DNA of 36,212 bases. Origin: a virus. Its lineage: Duplodnaviria > Caudoviricetes. The notes beneath the pieces were generated by a model. That model did no database searches and was not told the DNA's origin. It was given only the letters and a program-made list of their open reading frames with translations. Of this stretch, positions 9,676-19,776 are shown one piece after another; the stretch's first letter is position 1, and each line of letters opens with the position of its first letter. The stretch spans positions 1 through 36,212 of IMG/VR virus record IMGVR_UViG_3300016263_000666; one strand, written 5' to 3'. The translations under genes were made by a program, and so were the position numbers.

Positions 9676-10614
9676 TTATGACACGTAGGTAACAGACTTG
9701 ACAAAGTTTCCACTAGAGAATGGATCTTTCCTAGGTTTTCCTTCTTTATTTGGGCCGTGAATCTTTCCATAATACTTATGAGAAAGTATATAGCTTTTAG
9801 AATATCTAGAAGACCATAAGTTCATACCAGTTTCATTTCCTATATTCACTTCAGCATTACATTTTAAATACATTTGCTCTCTTATAGAGAGTCCCATAGG
9901 TTTAACTTCCATAACATTTTTTAAAAAATTGAAGTCTGTTTCATGTATTGGTTTTTCTCCGTAGTAATACCAATTATAGTCTTCTTCAAATTGTTTTGCT
10001 ATATCCACTAATGTATAAGAATCGCTTGTATTCCCATAAGTAGAGGATAATGAAATATACCCATATTTTTTACCTGCCCAATCATTAAAGATTCTAGTGT
10101 CCAAGTTTTTTTCACTTTCAGAAAAATAAATTTCTGGAGGTGAGTCGGATCTTTCCTCCTCTGTAAATTGCCAAAAATTTAACATCTGTTCTAATAGAGG
10201 TATTTTACTATTATTTAGATCGTAGAGCCTATAATGATCGTGATATATCTCCCCATTTATTTCATCTATGAATGAATCTACATAGGGATTATTTGCGAAA
10301 ATATCTAAAGTCACATTTGAACAATCGTATGTTCCATATCCCCAGGTGTTTAACATATTTCCAAATACTTTTTTAAGCATTTTTGGAGACGGTACATATA
10401 CTTTACAGTCAGGATATTTTTTCTTTAGTAATTTTGGCATAGCTGAAATTATACACCAATCACCTATACCATGACAAGTTCTCATAACTACAAATTCCTT
10501 ATCGCCCAAATATTCATCAGGAATATGATAGGGTGAATTTATATCGAATCCTAAATAATCAGTTTCTCCAATAGAATACAATCTATTATCGTACACTCTA
10601 AAAAATAATGCCAC
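9676..10614 (-). CDS. GT9-like (heptosyltransferase-like) glycosyltransferase
   Basis: GIGD.......LKKKYPDCKV and IGNETGMNL resemble GT9 motifs. Confidence 0.65.
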   Translation of the reverse strand: MALFFRVYDNRLYSIGETDYLGFDINSPYHIPDEYLGDKEFVVMRTCHGIGDWCIISAMPKLLKKKYPDCKVYVPSPKMLKKVFGNMLNTWGYGTYDCSNVTLDIFANNPYVDSFIDEINGEIYHDHYRLYDLNNSKIPLLEQMLNFWQFTEEERSDSPPEIYFSESEKNLDTRIFNDWAGKKYGYISLSSTYGNTSDSYTLVDIAKQFEEDYNWYYYGEKPIHETDFNFLKNVMEVKPMGLSIREQMYLKCNAEVNIGNETGMNLWSSRYSKSYILSHKYYGKIHGPNKEGKPRKDPFSSGNFVKSVTYVS

Positions 10615-10615
10615 T

Positions 10616-11386
10616 TTATTTATTTTCTATTATTTGTTTATATGTTCTTTCTAACCAATAAGACGCGTTTCTTGGTCCTTGAGGTATCGCATTAAAATGA
10701 TAAATCCACCCAGCATTTACAAAAAGAAGTTCATCAGGTATCCAAGATTGTCCTGGTATGTGGATAAGGTTTTTTCTAGATAAATCTTGTAGATTGTAAC
10801 ATTCTGGTAAGTATTTTGTTTCTACACCAAATTGTTGAGTTAAATAATTTATGATTGTTTGATCTGTGCCTGCTCTTATAATATTATTAAGTTTATTTAT
10901 ATTATCTATATTTGAAAGATAGTAGTTTTTAACAAAGTCATAAAAAGGTATATGAGATTTATTAGTAATTTGAAATCCTCCATTAAAGTATTTCCAAGGT
11001 TTAATCTTTGCTTGACCTGGAAAAATAGCGTCTCCCCAATTTTTTATACTTCGAGTAACCCACTCGTAACACCCGTTATTAATAACTACTGAAAATTTTC
11101 TTTCTGTCTCTTCAAAAAAGTTAGGACAATCAGGATGAATTATTGTATCAGCATCAACTATTAAAACTTGATCATAGTCTATTTGATTATGATTTAATAT
11201 GTCATGAACCCAATATCTTTGAAAAGTAACTTTTAATGAATTTGGATCAGTTATAGGTTCTTTCCATTCTATTAATGTAGTATTATTTTTATCACACCAA
11301 ATTTTCCAACTTTTAATAGAATAATGATAAGGTTCACTTCTACCATTACCTAAATTTATATTAGGTATAAATACAACATTTTTCAT
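10616..11386 (-). CDS. GT8/GT34-like GT-A glycosyltransferase
   Basis: VDADT, YFNGG, DQTIINY, YN, IYHFN. Confidence 0.8.
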   Translation of the reverse strand: MKNVVFIPNINLGNGRSEPYHYSIKSWKIWCDKNNTTLIEWKEPITDPNSLKVTFQRYWVHDILNHNQIDYDQVLIVDADTIIHPDCPNFFEETERKFSVVINNGCYEWVTRSIKNWGDAIFPGQAKIKPWKYFNGGFQITNKSHIPFYDFVKNYYLSNIDNINKLNNIIRAGTDQTIINYLTQQFGVETKYLPECYNLQDLSRKNLIHIPGQSWIPDELLFVNAGWIYHFNAIPQGPRNASYWLERTYKQIIENK

Positions 11387-12261
11387 TTTATGAAATTTTG
11401 ATGGCGATGAATTTCTTTTGGATGATCTATTTCAATTTTTACTATGTATCTTGCAGGATCATTTTCTGGTCTGTTTGGTCGAATTACTATATTCGGCTGA
11501 TCTCTTCTTTTTGCTATTTCAAGAGCAGATAAAAAATTTCTATGATATTCGTCGTCTCTTTTTATTAGGGCAACTCTCATATCTTTATATTTACCTGGCT
11601 TCCACCAAGGATAATGAAAAATATATTCTGGAAATATTGGTAAAGGATATTTCTGACTCATGAAATTAAAAACTATTCTCTTATAGAAGTTCCAATCTCC
11701 AAATTTAATAGCTATTCTTCTATAATGTATTGTTTCTGCATTTAGTGCTGTGCCTTCTACATAGAATTGATTTTCCATAAAATCTAAATAAGGAGCTTGC
11801 AAACCTTCATTAGGTTTTAAATCTTCTATTCTTTTATTAAGATGCTCCATATAGTTCTCATGAAAAAAAACGTCTCCTTCTAATGGGAATATAATATCAT
11901 GAGGATTAACTTGTATATCAAAATCAGAAAAATTACTAACAGAATCTACATAACACATGTTGCAATCCTTATTCACGTATTTCATTTCATTCCATATAAT
12001 ACGGGTATTAGGATATTTTTGCTGGGCATTTTTTACGGCTAATTGAACTTCTTCTGTGTCCCAAGCTAAATTTGTATTTTTATAACAATATTGAGACTTA
12101 AAATGATCTTCAGTACCGCCTTTATTTTCTGGTCCCATTGGAAACAAACCTTCATTATATATTATAATGTCAGGTTTTATGGTATTCATAAAATTTTCGA
12201 TTTGTAATTCTGTTAAGTGGCCGTCTCCAAAACACGGCATTATAGCTATTCTTTTTGGCAT
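11383..12261 (-). CDS. Putative divergent GT-A glycosyltransferase
   Basis: LEGDVFF (DXD-like), FHYPW; cluster context. Confidence 0.5.
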   Translation of the reverse strand: MPKRIAIMPCFGDGHLTELQIENFMNTIKPDIIIYNEGLFPMGPENKGGTEDHFKSQYCYKNTNLAWDTEEVQLAVKNAQQKYPNTRIIWNEMKYVNKDCNMCYVDSVSNFSDFDIQVNPHDIIFPLEGDVFFHENYMEHLNKRIEDLKPNEGLQAPYLDFMENQFYVEGTALNAETIHYRRIAIKFGDWNFYKRIVFNFMSQKYPLPIFPEYIFHYPWWKPGKYKDMRVALIKRDDEYHRNFLSALEIAKRRDQPNIVIRPNRPENDPARYIVKIEIDHPKEIHRHQNFIK

Positions 12262-12262
12262 G

Positions 12263-12865
12263 TTATTTTTTCTTTATGATTCCTATACCAGCCCAATCTG
12301 AATTAACATTAAACTCTGTTTTTTCTCCTTGTAACTCTGACCACAACTTTCCTACATACACGTTTCTATTTCTATGCCTTTCAGTGTCGTTTATATCGTG
12401 AAAAGCAATATATCCACCACTTTTTACTAAAGGAGAATACATTTGATAATCTTGTTTTACTCCTTCGTATGTATGGTCTCCATCTATGAATAAAAAATCT
12501 ATGCTTCTGCCGTTTAAAACGCTTAATAATTTACCATATGTAGATTGATCATGAGAATCTCCTTCAATAAAAGAACATTGATTAGGATATTTTTCCAGAA
12601 ACATTTTGTTTCTTTTTTCGGTTTCTAACCTATCTACTCCTCCGTGAATCCCTTCTACAAGGTCTACGCTTATTTTGTATCCTGGGCATACTTCACACCA
12701 TATCATGAACGTGCCACCAAATTTAGTGCCTATTTCTACAGTAATTTCAGGCTTTAAATTTCTTACAAATTCAGCCAGCATTTTAATTTCCAGTCTTTCT
12801 TGAGGCATATATAGATTATAAGCCTGATCTAATACTGCGTCTAATTCTTTTATTTCATTATGCAT
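12263..12865 (-). CDS. Class I SAM methyltransferase (Methyltransf_24-like)
   Basis: VEIGTKFGG, GDS, FIDGDHTYEGVKQD, GGYIAFHD. Confidence 0.9.
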   Translation of the reverse strand: MHNEIKELDAVLDQAYNLYMPQERLEIKMLAEFVRNLKPEITVEIGTKFGGTFMIWCEVCPGYKISVDLVEGIHGGVDRLETEKRNKMFLEKYPNQCSFIEGDSHDQSTYGKLLSVLNGRSIDFLFIDGDHTYEGVKQDYQMYSPLVKSGGYIAFHDINDTERHRNRNVYVGKLWSELQGEKTEFNVNSDWAGIGIIKKK

Positions 12866-12929
12866 AATATTTGTTATGGTCTAAAAATTTTATTGAAAAG
12901 AATACTTGATAGGTGAAATACATTTATAT

Positions 12930-13922
12930 CTATATTTTCCAAAAGCTATAAATTCCCTTATCTAATTCATACTTATCCCAAATAAACCTCTCTCTTTTGG
13001 GTTGTTTTTTAGCCCATTCCCACATTTTAATTAATCCATCTTCTAAATTTGTTTTGTGTTCAAATCCAAGAATTTCTACGGATTTTTGATAAGTAGGAAC
13101 TGCTGCATATACTTCATGTCTTGCTTCTTTGTAAACAGTTTTTCCATTTTTTATAATATCTAAGAGTACTTTATTGGCTTCATTTATAGTATAATCTTTA
13201 GTTCCTCCTAAATTTATGATTTCTTTTGAAGCTGTTTGTTTTACTGCTGAATTCCATAGGGGTTCTAAAATATCATCAATATAACTAAAAGCTCTTTTTT
13301 GTTCACCGTCTCCAAATATAGTCATTGGTTCATTATTTAAATGTTGATACATCCAGATACCTAAAACGTTTCTGTATTTATCCCATATATTTTGATTAAT
13401 ACCATACACATTATGAGGTCTTATGATACACCAATCTAATCCATGTTGCTCTCCTGCAATTTGAATATCCATTTCACATGCATATTTGGCTACTCCATAC
13501 GGATCTATAGGCTTGGGGATTTGATCTTCGTGAAAAATTCCTCCATGACCTCTACCATAAACTGCCATAGTAGAAGTGAATATTAGCCTCTTAACTTCAT
13601 TCTTTATGCATTGGTTGATTATTCTAGTGGTAGAGACTAGGTTGTTTTCATAATTATATTGTCTGATAAAAGGAGACAATCCCTCTGCAGCATAGGCAGC
13701 AAAGTGATATACATAATCAAATTTATGAATCTCAAAACAATTTTCTATAGGATGAGTGACTAAATTCATCTGCCAGAATTCAACTTTAGGATGTACGTTC
13801 TCTTTATAGCCTCCGCTAAGATCGTCTATTCCTACTATATGACATTCTGGATGATTATTTATTATCCAATCAGCTAATCTAGATCCTAGCAAACCAGCTA
13901 CTCCTGTGATTAATATTTTCAT
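12930..13922 (-). CDS. NAD-dependent nucleotide-sugar epimerase/dehydratase
   Basis: TGVAGLLG, HFAA, TST.AVYG, YGVAK, RPHNVYG, GDG.QKRAF. Confidence 0.92.
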   Translation of the reverse strand: MKILITGVAGLLGSRLADWIINNHPECHIVGIDDLSGGYKENVHPKVEFWQMNLVTHPIENCFEIHKFDYVYHFAAYAAEGLSPFIRQYNYENNLVSTTRIINQCIKNEVKRLIFTSTMAVYGRGHGGIFHEDQIPKPIDPYGVAKYACEMDIQIAGEQHGLDWCIIRPHNVYGINQNIWDKYRNVLGIWMYQHLNNEPMTIFGDGEQKRAFSYIDDILEPLWNSAVKQTASKEIINLGGTKDYTINEANKVLLDIIKNGKTVYKEARHEVYAAVPTYQKSVEILGFEHKTNLEDGLIKMWEWAKKQPKRERFIWDKYELDKGIYSFWKI

Positions 13923-14344
13923 TTTATTATGTTTTTATATAGTGTGTCTATGTTGTTTTTATTTCTAGCTCTACCTTCATTAGCTTTTCTTAATCGCTTT
14001 TCATTTACTACTAATCTTTCGATATTAGGAGATTCTTTTTTTGCCTCTTCTAATCTAGCTCTATCTGCTTCTCCTATATTTATATCATTTTGAATAAGTT
14101 CCTCTAGTTCTTCTATTATAGCTGATTCATTAAATGTTCTAAACTCTCCTACATAATCATACTGGCCGGATTGTATTGTTTCTTTGAATAATTCTGAAAG
14201 TTTATTTCTAATTTCAGATATGACTTGTTTTTGATGCTGAATTTTATCTTCTTGTTTATCTTTAGTAAAAAAATAAAGCTTAATATTCTCTGTTACAAGT
14301 CTATCAAAATAATTACTTAATGTGTCTATATTAGTTATTCTCAT
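13919..14344 (-). CDS. Hypothetical helical protein (DUF4254-like)
   Basis: DRL...NIK start and N..R...KN.ID end; recalled resemblance only. Confidence 0.55.
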   Translation of the reverse strand: MRITNIDTLSNYFDRLVTENIKLYFFTKDKQEDKIQHQKQVISEIRNKLSELFKETIQSGQYDYVGEFRTFNESAIIEELEELIQNDINIGEADRARLEEAKKESPNIERLVVNEKRLRKANEGRARNKNNIDTLYKNIIK

Positions 14345-15093
14345 CTTTTTTTAATTAATTTAGAAATATCAAATTTAGATCCTGGAATGTATTGGCAATT
14401 TGAGTACTCGTCTCTTATTGTTTCGTGGTCCTTTTTATTTGTGAACGTATGATTTACTTTATCGTATAAACCAATTTCTTTTATGTACTTAACACACTGT
14501 TCATGGGGAGTCTCAATTTCTTTATTATCTAATGTAAGATATAACGTAGAAAATTTATCCATATATTCAGAATTTGAAAAAAACCAAGTGTCATGAAATC
14601 TTCCTGTTGATTTACAGCTACATATTTGGTTTGTACAAGATTCTGTATGACTTATGTGAAATAAATCTTTGTTGAATTGATTAAAAATCAGTGGTACTTT
14701 GAACATTCTATCAAATCTATGAAGCATAACATAATCGTAAATAAAATTATTTTCTACTTCATAAGATTTTTTAAGACTCATAGATTGATAAGTAGAATAC
14801 CACCTACTTTTTATTGCATTTTTTCTGTTAGTATCTTGATTGAAGTTAATTTGCTTTTCTATGATATACTTCTTAGGTTGATAAGAATCTATTAATTCTT
14901 TTTCAAAATTTACACTCCAACTATGTATAAAAAAATCAACTTCAAATCCAAGAATTTGATTAGTTTCTACTATATTTTTCATTGTAAAATAGTGTCCTAT
15001 TCTATAATCTACAGGTGTGTGACCTTTGCCAAAAGATCCATACTTTTCTTTAGAATCTCCTACTAATCCTACTAAACAAATGGCTATTTTCAT
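14341..15093 (-). CDS. Putative glycosyltransferase-like protein
   Basis: MKIAICL.G, DFFIHSW, YDYV...RFD, D.WFFS pattern typical of glycan-cluster proteins. Confidence 0.6.
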   Translation of the reverse strand: MKIAICLVGLVGDSKEKYGSFGKGHTPVDYRIGHYFTMKNIVETNQILGFEVDFFIHSWSVNFEKELIDSYQPKKYIIEKQINFNQDTNRKNAIKSRWYSTYQSMSLKKSYEVENNFIYDYVMLHRFDRMFKVPLIFNQFNKDLFHISHTESCTNQICSCKSTGRFHDTWFFSNSEYMDKFSTLYLTLDNKEIETPHEQCVKYIKEIGLYDKVNHTFTNKKDHETIRDEYSNCQYIPGSKFDISKLIKKR

Positions 15094-15449
15094 ATCTCTA
15101 AAGAGGAAATACCTAAATCTCTATCTAAATTAAAACATTCGCATGTTAACTTACCATCAGGTTTTTTATCGTTGATTAGAACTCTCGTACCTCCTCCTAT
15201 TCCCATTATTAAAAGATCGTAGAATATACCAGCTTCAGAAAGTTGTTTCTCTGTTGCTGCCCTTAAACTTTCTTTCCTTCCTGTTGTTAATATTATTTTA
15301 TATCCTTTTCTATCCCACTCTAAAAGTTTATCAATTGTTCCTTTTAAAACTTTTAATTTATAATCTAGCTTAGAAGATACGTCTGGTGGGGAATGTTCTA
15401 CTAAAGTACCATCTATATCGCAAAAAATAGTCTTTGGTCTAATTTCCAT
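15090..15449 (-). CDS. Capless HAD phosphatase (BcbF-like)
   Basis: DIDGT, LTTGR, INDK. Confidence 0.85.
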   Translation of the reverse strand: MEIRPKTIFCDIDGTLVEHSPPDVSSKLDYKLKVLKGTIDKLLEWDRKGYKIILTTGRKESLRAATEKQLSEAGIFYDLLIMGIGGGTRVLINDKKPDGKLTCECFNLDRDLGISSLEI

Positions 15450-16134
15450 ACAACGACTTATTTATTTCGTTATTATACCAAATATTTTCTTTTTCGTAAA
15501 TTTGATCTGGATTTGATACGCTTCCGCATATTTCATCAATTTTTAATTTTAAAACAGGATAACTCCTCTTTACTAATAGGCTAACTCCTACTCTTCTATC
15601 TTGATTTCCAAAAGGAAAATCCACTAAATCATAAGTTCCGTCATTTAAACTGGTTCTTAAATCTATCATAAATTCTCTACATCCATCTATTCTCATGGTA
15701 TCATGAAAAGCAATAATACTATATTTTGACATTTTAGGATATAAAATATTAAAGTCGTTCTTTATTCCTTCATAAGAATGGCAGCCATCTATAAAAGCAA
15801 AATCTATAGTTTCTTCTAATTTATTAATATAGTCTCTAAATTCTTCAGTTTTTGTGTTTACTTTTATTAATGAAAAATTATTATGTCCTAAGCTACTTAA
15901 ATACTTTTCACAGTTTTCTTTTGTGCCAAATGCATTAAATTGATTTGATAATCCGTGTACATCCCATAAATCGTATCCTTTAACAAATCCACCAGTTTCT
16001 TTTGCCGCTTGGCATAAATAATTTGTAGTTGTTGCTTGGGCTACACCAATTTCAACTATGTTTTTAAACCTATTAAAAATTATTATAGATTTAAACAAAT
16101 CTCCTAAATCTTTAGAAAAAATTTGCCAACTCAT
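15439..16134 (-). CDS. Class I SAM methyltransferase (Methyltransf_24-like)
   Basis: VEIGV, FIDGCHSYEG..ND, AFHDT. Confidence 0.88.
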   Translation of the reverse strand: MSWQIFSKDLGDLFKSIIIFNRFKNIVEIGVAQATTTNYLCQAAKETGGFVKGYDLWDVHGLSNQFNAFGTKENCEKYLSSLGHNNFSLIKVNTKTEEFRDYINKLEETIDFAFIDGCHSYEGIKNDFNILYPKMSKYSIIAFHDTMRIDGCREFMIDLRTSLNDGTYDLVDFPFGNQDRRVGVSLLVKRSYPVLKLKIDEICGSVSNPDQIYEKENIWYNNEINKSLYGN

Positions 16135-16156
16135 ATTTTATTGTTTTAATTGTTTT

Positions 16157-17140
16157 TTATGAATATAAATCATATAATTTATTGTATACATTCTTTTTTA
16201 CGAGTGAATCTATATTAGGAATATTTGATTTAACGGAAGATATAAATTCAGGATTTGAGATTACATAATGCCCTGATATTTTAATCAACTCTAATTTATT
16301 TTCTTTAGGATCGAAATCTTTGTTAACCCACTTTACCCATTTTTTTGACTCATAACATATTTTCCAAAACTTGTTAAATAGAGCTGCATCCTTTATATTA
16401 TCTAAATACGTTTGAGTCTCTATTAAACCAAACTCTGGTGCAATGTTGATTGCATCTAATCCTAAATTAAATTTCTCCTTAATTATTCTTGTAGATATAT
16501 AATCTCCATTATGTTCTTTAGACAGAAGATTATGCTTTTTACAAACTGATACCATTTCTAATAATCTATCTGAATCATATTTTCCTGTTTGATTATTTCC
16601 TTTAAGAGATGTTCCAGATTGTATTACTAAATACTTTATTTTTTTATATATTTCAGGCTTTAATCTATTCTTTAATTCTTGAATTAATTCGTTTAATTCA
16701 TCTGCTTCAAACTTTCTAATAGATTCTTCTGTTCCTACTTCAAACTCTATATTAGGATTTTTTGAATAACAGTATTTTATCATATTCACGGTTTCCATAG
16801 CTCCGCGATTTAACTTCTGATATTTTTTCCAAGGATCAATATGTATTATATCAACGCACTCGCAATCTTTATAAAGAGATTCGTAGCCATCATCTTCAAT
16901 ATAACCTTGAAGAGGACCTGCGTGATCTCTTTCTACAATTACGTTAAAGGTTTTTGTTTTTACGTAATTGCAGAATTCTGATGTTTTCCAATTGTTAACG
17001 TATCCACCAGAATACTCAACCTGTCTTCTAGATGGTATGAGAGCCATCGATAAATTATTGGAATTAGCGAATTCTATTATAGTATCTACAACATTTTTAG
17101 TCATAGGACCAATAAAAAATTTAGGCGATTTATTTTTCAT
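16157..17140 (-). CDS. GatZ/KbaZ-like or class II aldolase-like TIM-barrel sugar-phosphate enzyme
   Basis: SRRQV..GGY, RDHAGP, IHID, EVGTEE, KEHNGDY, NIAPEFG. Confidence 0.7.
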   Translation of the reverse strand: MKNKSPKFFIGPMTKNVVDTIIEFANSNNLSMALIPSRRQVEYSGGYVNNWKTSEFCNYVKTKTFNVIVERDHAGPLQGYIEDDGYESLYKDCECVDIIHIDPWKKYQKLNRGAMETVNMIKYCYSKNPNIEFEVGTEESIRKFEADELNELIQELKNRLKPEIYKKIKYLVIQSGTSLKGNNQTGKYDSDRLLEMVSVCKKHNLLSKEHNGDYISTRIIKEKFNLGLDAINIAPEFGLIETQTYLDNIKDAALFNKFWKICYESKKWVKWVNKDFDPKENKLELIKISGHYVISNPEFISSVKSNIPNIDSLVKKNVYNKLYDLYS

Positions 17141-17898
17141 TTATCTAAATAATTTCTATCAGGTCTAAATTGTTTTATTGGACACATTTCTAGGGATTCT
17201 ATTTTTACATCCAATACGTTGATTTTAGATTTATTTAATTCATTTTCATACCACTCTTTTTCTTGTAATTCTATTGCATAAGGATTTTTAACAGATCCAC
17301 AACATTGATTTATAGGAATATTTAAAACTGGAAATTGACGCTTGATCAAAAATGATATTCCCATCATCCTATTTTGATATCCTCCGCCCAGATCAAATAT
17401 ATCATAGGTTCCATCGTAAAACTTTGTTCTCAAATCATACATGAATTCTCTGCATCCATCTATTCTTTGTGTATCGTGAAATACTACTATACCTATTTTA
17501 CTTAAAAGAGGGTAAATCGCTTGAAAATCATTAAGACACCCCTTATAAGAATGACACGCGTCTATAAAAGCTAAATCTATTTCTGGGGTTAGTTTTTTTA
17601 ATTGCTCACTAAAATCTGAATCAAATGTATTTTTTTGAATAAGAGTAAAATTAGTATATCCATTACTTTTTAACATAGATTCTACATAATTCTTATCTCC
17701 TGTTTTTTGAAATTGATTATATAATCCGTGGGTATTCCAAAGATCTATACCATAAACATGACCATCATTATTTTTTGCAGCTTCACATAAAGCTATAGTA
17801 GTTTGACCTGCGTTTACGCCTATTTCTACTATTATTTTTGCTTTATTCAGAATAATGAATTCTGATATAAGTCCCGAATAATCATTGTATCTTTTCAT
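17137..17898 (-). CDS. Class I SAM methyltransferase, paralog of 15439-16134
   Basis: VEIGV, FIDACHSY, FHDT.RIDGCREFM. Confidence 0.88.
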   Translation of the reverse strand: MKRYNDYSGLISEFIILNKAKIIVEIGVNAGQTTIALCEAAKNNDGHVYGIDLWNTHGLYNQFQKTGDKNYVESMLKSNGYTNFTLIQKNTFDSDFSEQLKKLTPEIDLAFIDACHSYKGCLNDFQAIYPLLSKIGIVVFHDTQRIDGCREFMYDLRTKFYDGTYDIFDLGGGYQNRMMGISFLIKRQFPVLNIPINQCCGSVKNPYAIELQEKEWYENELNKSKINVLDVKIESLEMCPIKQFRPDRNYLDK

Positions 17899-19436
17899 TT
17901 TTTTACAGATTTATAAAGATTGTATTTTCCAAAATTAAACAAAAATTTATTAAGCGGATACTCGTGTAAAGGAGCCATATTTAACCATATAATAGAGGAT
18001 AAAGTCTTTACTTTTTTTAGATCGTATCCTGAATTTATTAAAAATTCGTGAAATATATCTTGGCACTCTTTAAGTTTGCTATTAACTAATATGTAACAAT
18101 TATCTTTTGAAGGTGAGAATAGATTCTTATTGACTATGTCGTGGTTTATTATTAAGTTATGATTCAATTTAGCTAAATCATAATACACATCTCCGGTTTC
18201 CAAGTCTCCTGCAAAATCTTGACGCCAGTCTATTAGTTTGAATGAATCCCTTGTTTCTATAATATTATCTAATATAAAATCTCCATGAAATCTAGATGGT
18301 ACTCCATTGCACAGCCAATCAGTATCGATAGAGTTTATCATTTCAAAAACAGACGGAATTAATTCTCCGTTAACGTACTCTTGCTTATCTTCTTTTGATT
18401 CTAGGAATTGTTCTATTCTATTTTTTGTTTTTGTTATATAAAAATCATAACACTTTTCTTTAATAGATTTGTCTAATTGACTATTCCACAGATTATTTTT
18501 TGACCAAGATAGGAAAGAAATAAATTTATTAGCATTAACAGATTTAGAAAATAACTCTCCTTCAACTTTTATATACTTATAAAAATTTTCTGTGTGTGAA
18601 ACTACTTTAGGCACCAACCCTAAAAGATTGTTTGCTCTTATTACTCTATTGTTATTAATTTTGCTATCATAAAAAAACTTTATAACAAAGTCATCAAAGA
18701 AGAAAATTGACTCGTCTTTTTTATCTAAAACTTCTATACTACTTTTGTAATGATTTCTAGTTCTATTAAGCTCTGATGAATTACCTATATCAAACCACTG
18801 TTCTTGACCTAAATGCTTATAGTCAAAGTTTACTTCTGAGAGCATTGAGTTTATTACATGAACATCAGATATATCTTCAAACTTAGAATTAATTAAGTTT
18901 TTTAATTTATTAAAGAATAAAGTATGATCGTTTATCCCACAAATGCCTACATAGGAGTAGTCATATCCCATCTCTCCCTTTTCATTAATTTTTATTAATT
19001 TCTTAGAATTTAAGTTTAGCGTTCTATATTGAGAAGAATCCTCTTTATAAGATCCTACTACATAATTTTTTTCTGGGCATGGAGATGTAAATCCCTCTAT
19101 TATAGTATCAGAAGCGTGAAATATAAATGGGCAATTTATAACTTGTTCACATTTTGAAATAGAGTATCCTAAACTAGATCCTTCTCCTTTATATTTGTCA
19201 ATTTCTACATATTCAAAATTTCCATTTGGATAAGCCAGTGATAGAAATTGTTTGACATGATTTCCAAAATGTCCTAAAGTAATAACGAATTTAGTATCTA
19301 TAGGGTAAGACTCTATTATATAAGATATCGCTGGTTTATTTCCTACTCTAACCAACGATTTGTTTGTGTAGTCAGTTAAACTACCTAATCTTGTGCCTAA
19401 ACCGCTAGTTGTTATAAGTACTTTATACTCTTCCAT
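17895..19436 (-). CDS. Sugar nucleotidyltransferase fused to an APH/choline-kinase-like phosphotransferase
   Basis: N-term SGLGTRL..LT...NKSLV and WFDIG; C-term HGDF..DNI, LIDWR, GD.YYDLAKL. Confidence 0.85.
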   Translation of the reverse strand: MEEYKVLITTSGLGTRLGSLTDYTNKSLVRVGNKPAISYIIESYPIDTKFVITLGHFGNHVKQFLSLAYPNGNFEYVEIDKYKGEGSSLGYSISKCEQVINCPFIFHASDTIIEGFTSPCPEKNYVVGSYKEDSSQYRTLNLNSKKLIKINEKGEMGYDYSYVGICGINDHTLFFNKLKNLINSKFEDISDVHVINSMLSEVNFDYKHLGQEQWFDIGNSSELNRTRNHYKSSIEVLDKKDESIFFFDDFVIKFFYDSKINNNRVIRANNLLGLVPKVVSHTENFYKYIKVEGELFSKSVNANKFISFLSWSKNNLWNSQLDKSIKEKCYDFYITKTKNRIEQFLESKEDKQEYVNGELIPSVFEMINSIDTDWLCNGVPSRFHGDFILDNIIETRDSFKLIDWRQDFAGDLETGDVYYDLAKLNHNLIINHDIVNKNLFSPSKDNCYILVNSKLKECQDIFHEFLINSGYDLKKVKTLSSIIWLNMAPLHEYPLNKFLFNFGKYNLYKSVKK

Positions 19437-19767
19437 AATTATCTTGTATTCTTACTATGTCGTCTTCTCCAAAATAATTACCTAGTTGCACTTCTATGAA
19501 TACTAAATCCTCTTCGCCTATATTTCTTATTTGGTGTTTTGCTTGTAATGGAATAGTTACAGTATCCCACTTACTTAATTTAATTATTTTATCATCTAGT
19601 TTTAATTCTGCCTCACCTTGAACTATAGTCCAAACTTCACTCCTTTTATAGTGGTATTGATAGCTAGGAGCTTGTCCTGGTTTTATAACTATTTTCTTTA
19701 CTTTACAAAGTTCTGAATCTAGTAAATTTTCAAAATCTCCCCAAGGTCTATTTTCTTTGTAGTTCAT
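19423..19767 (-). CDS. Cupin, type II phosphomannose isomerase C-terminal domain-like
   Basis: RPWG, S.QYH..RSE.W, IEVQ.G.YFGEDDIVR..D.YGR. Confidence 0.88.
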   Translation of the reverse strand: MNYKENRPWGDFENLLDSELCKVKKIVIKPGQAPSYQYHYKRSEVWTIVQGEAELKLDDKIIKLSKWDTVTIPLQAKHQIRNIGEEDLVFIEVQLGNYFGEDDIVRIQDNYGRV

Positions 19768-19776
19768 ATTATTATT

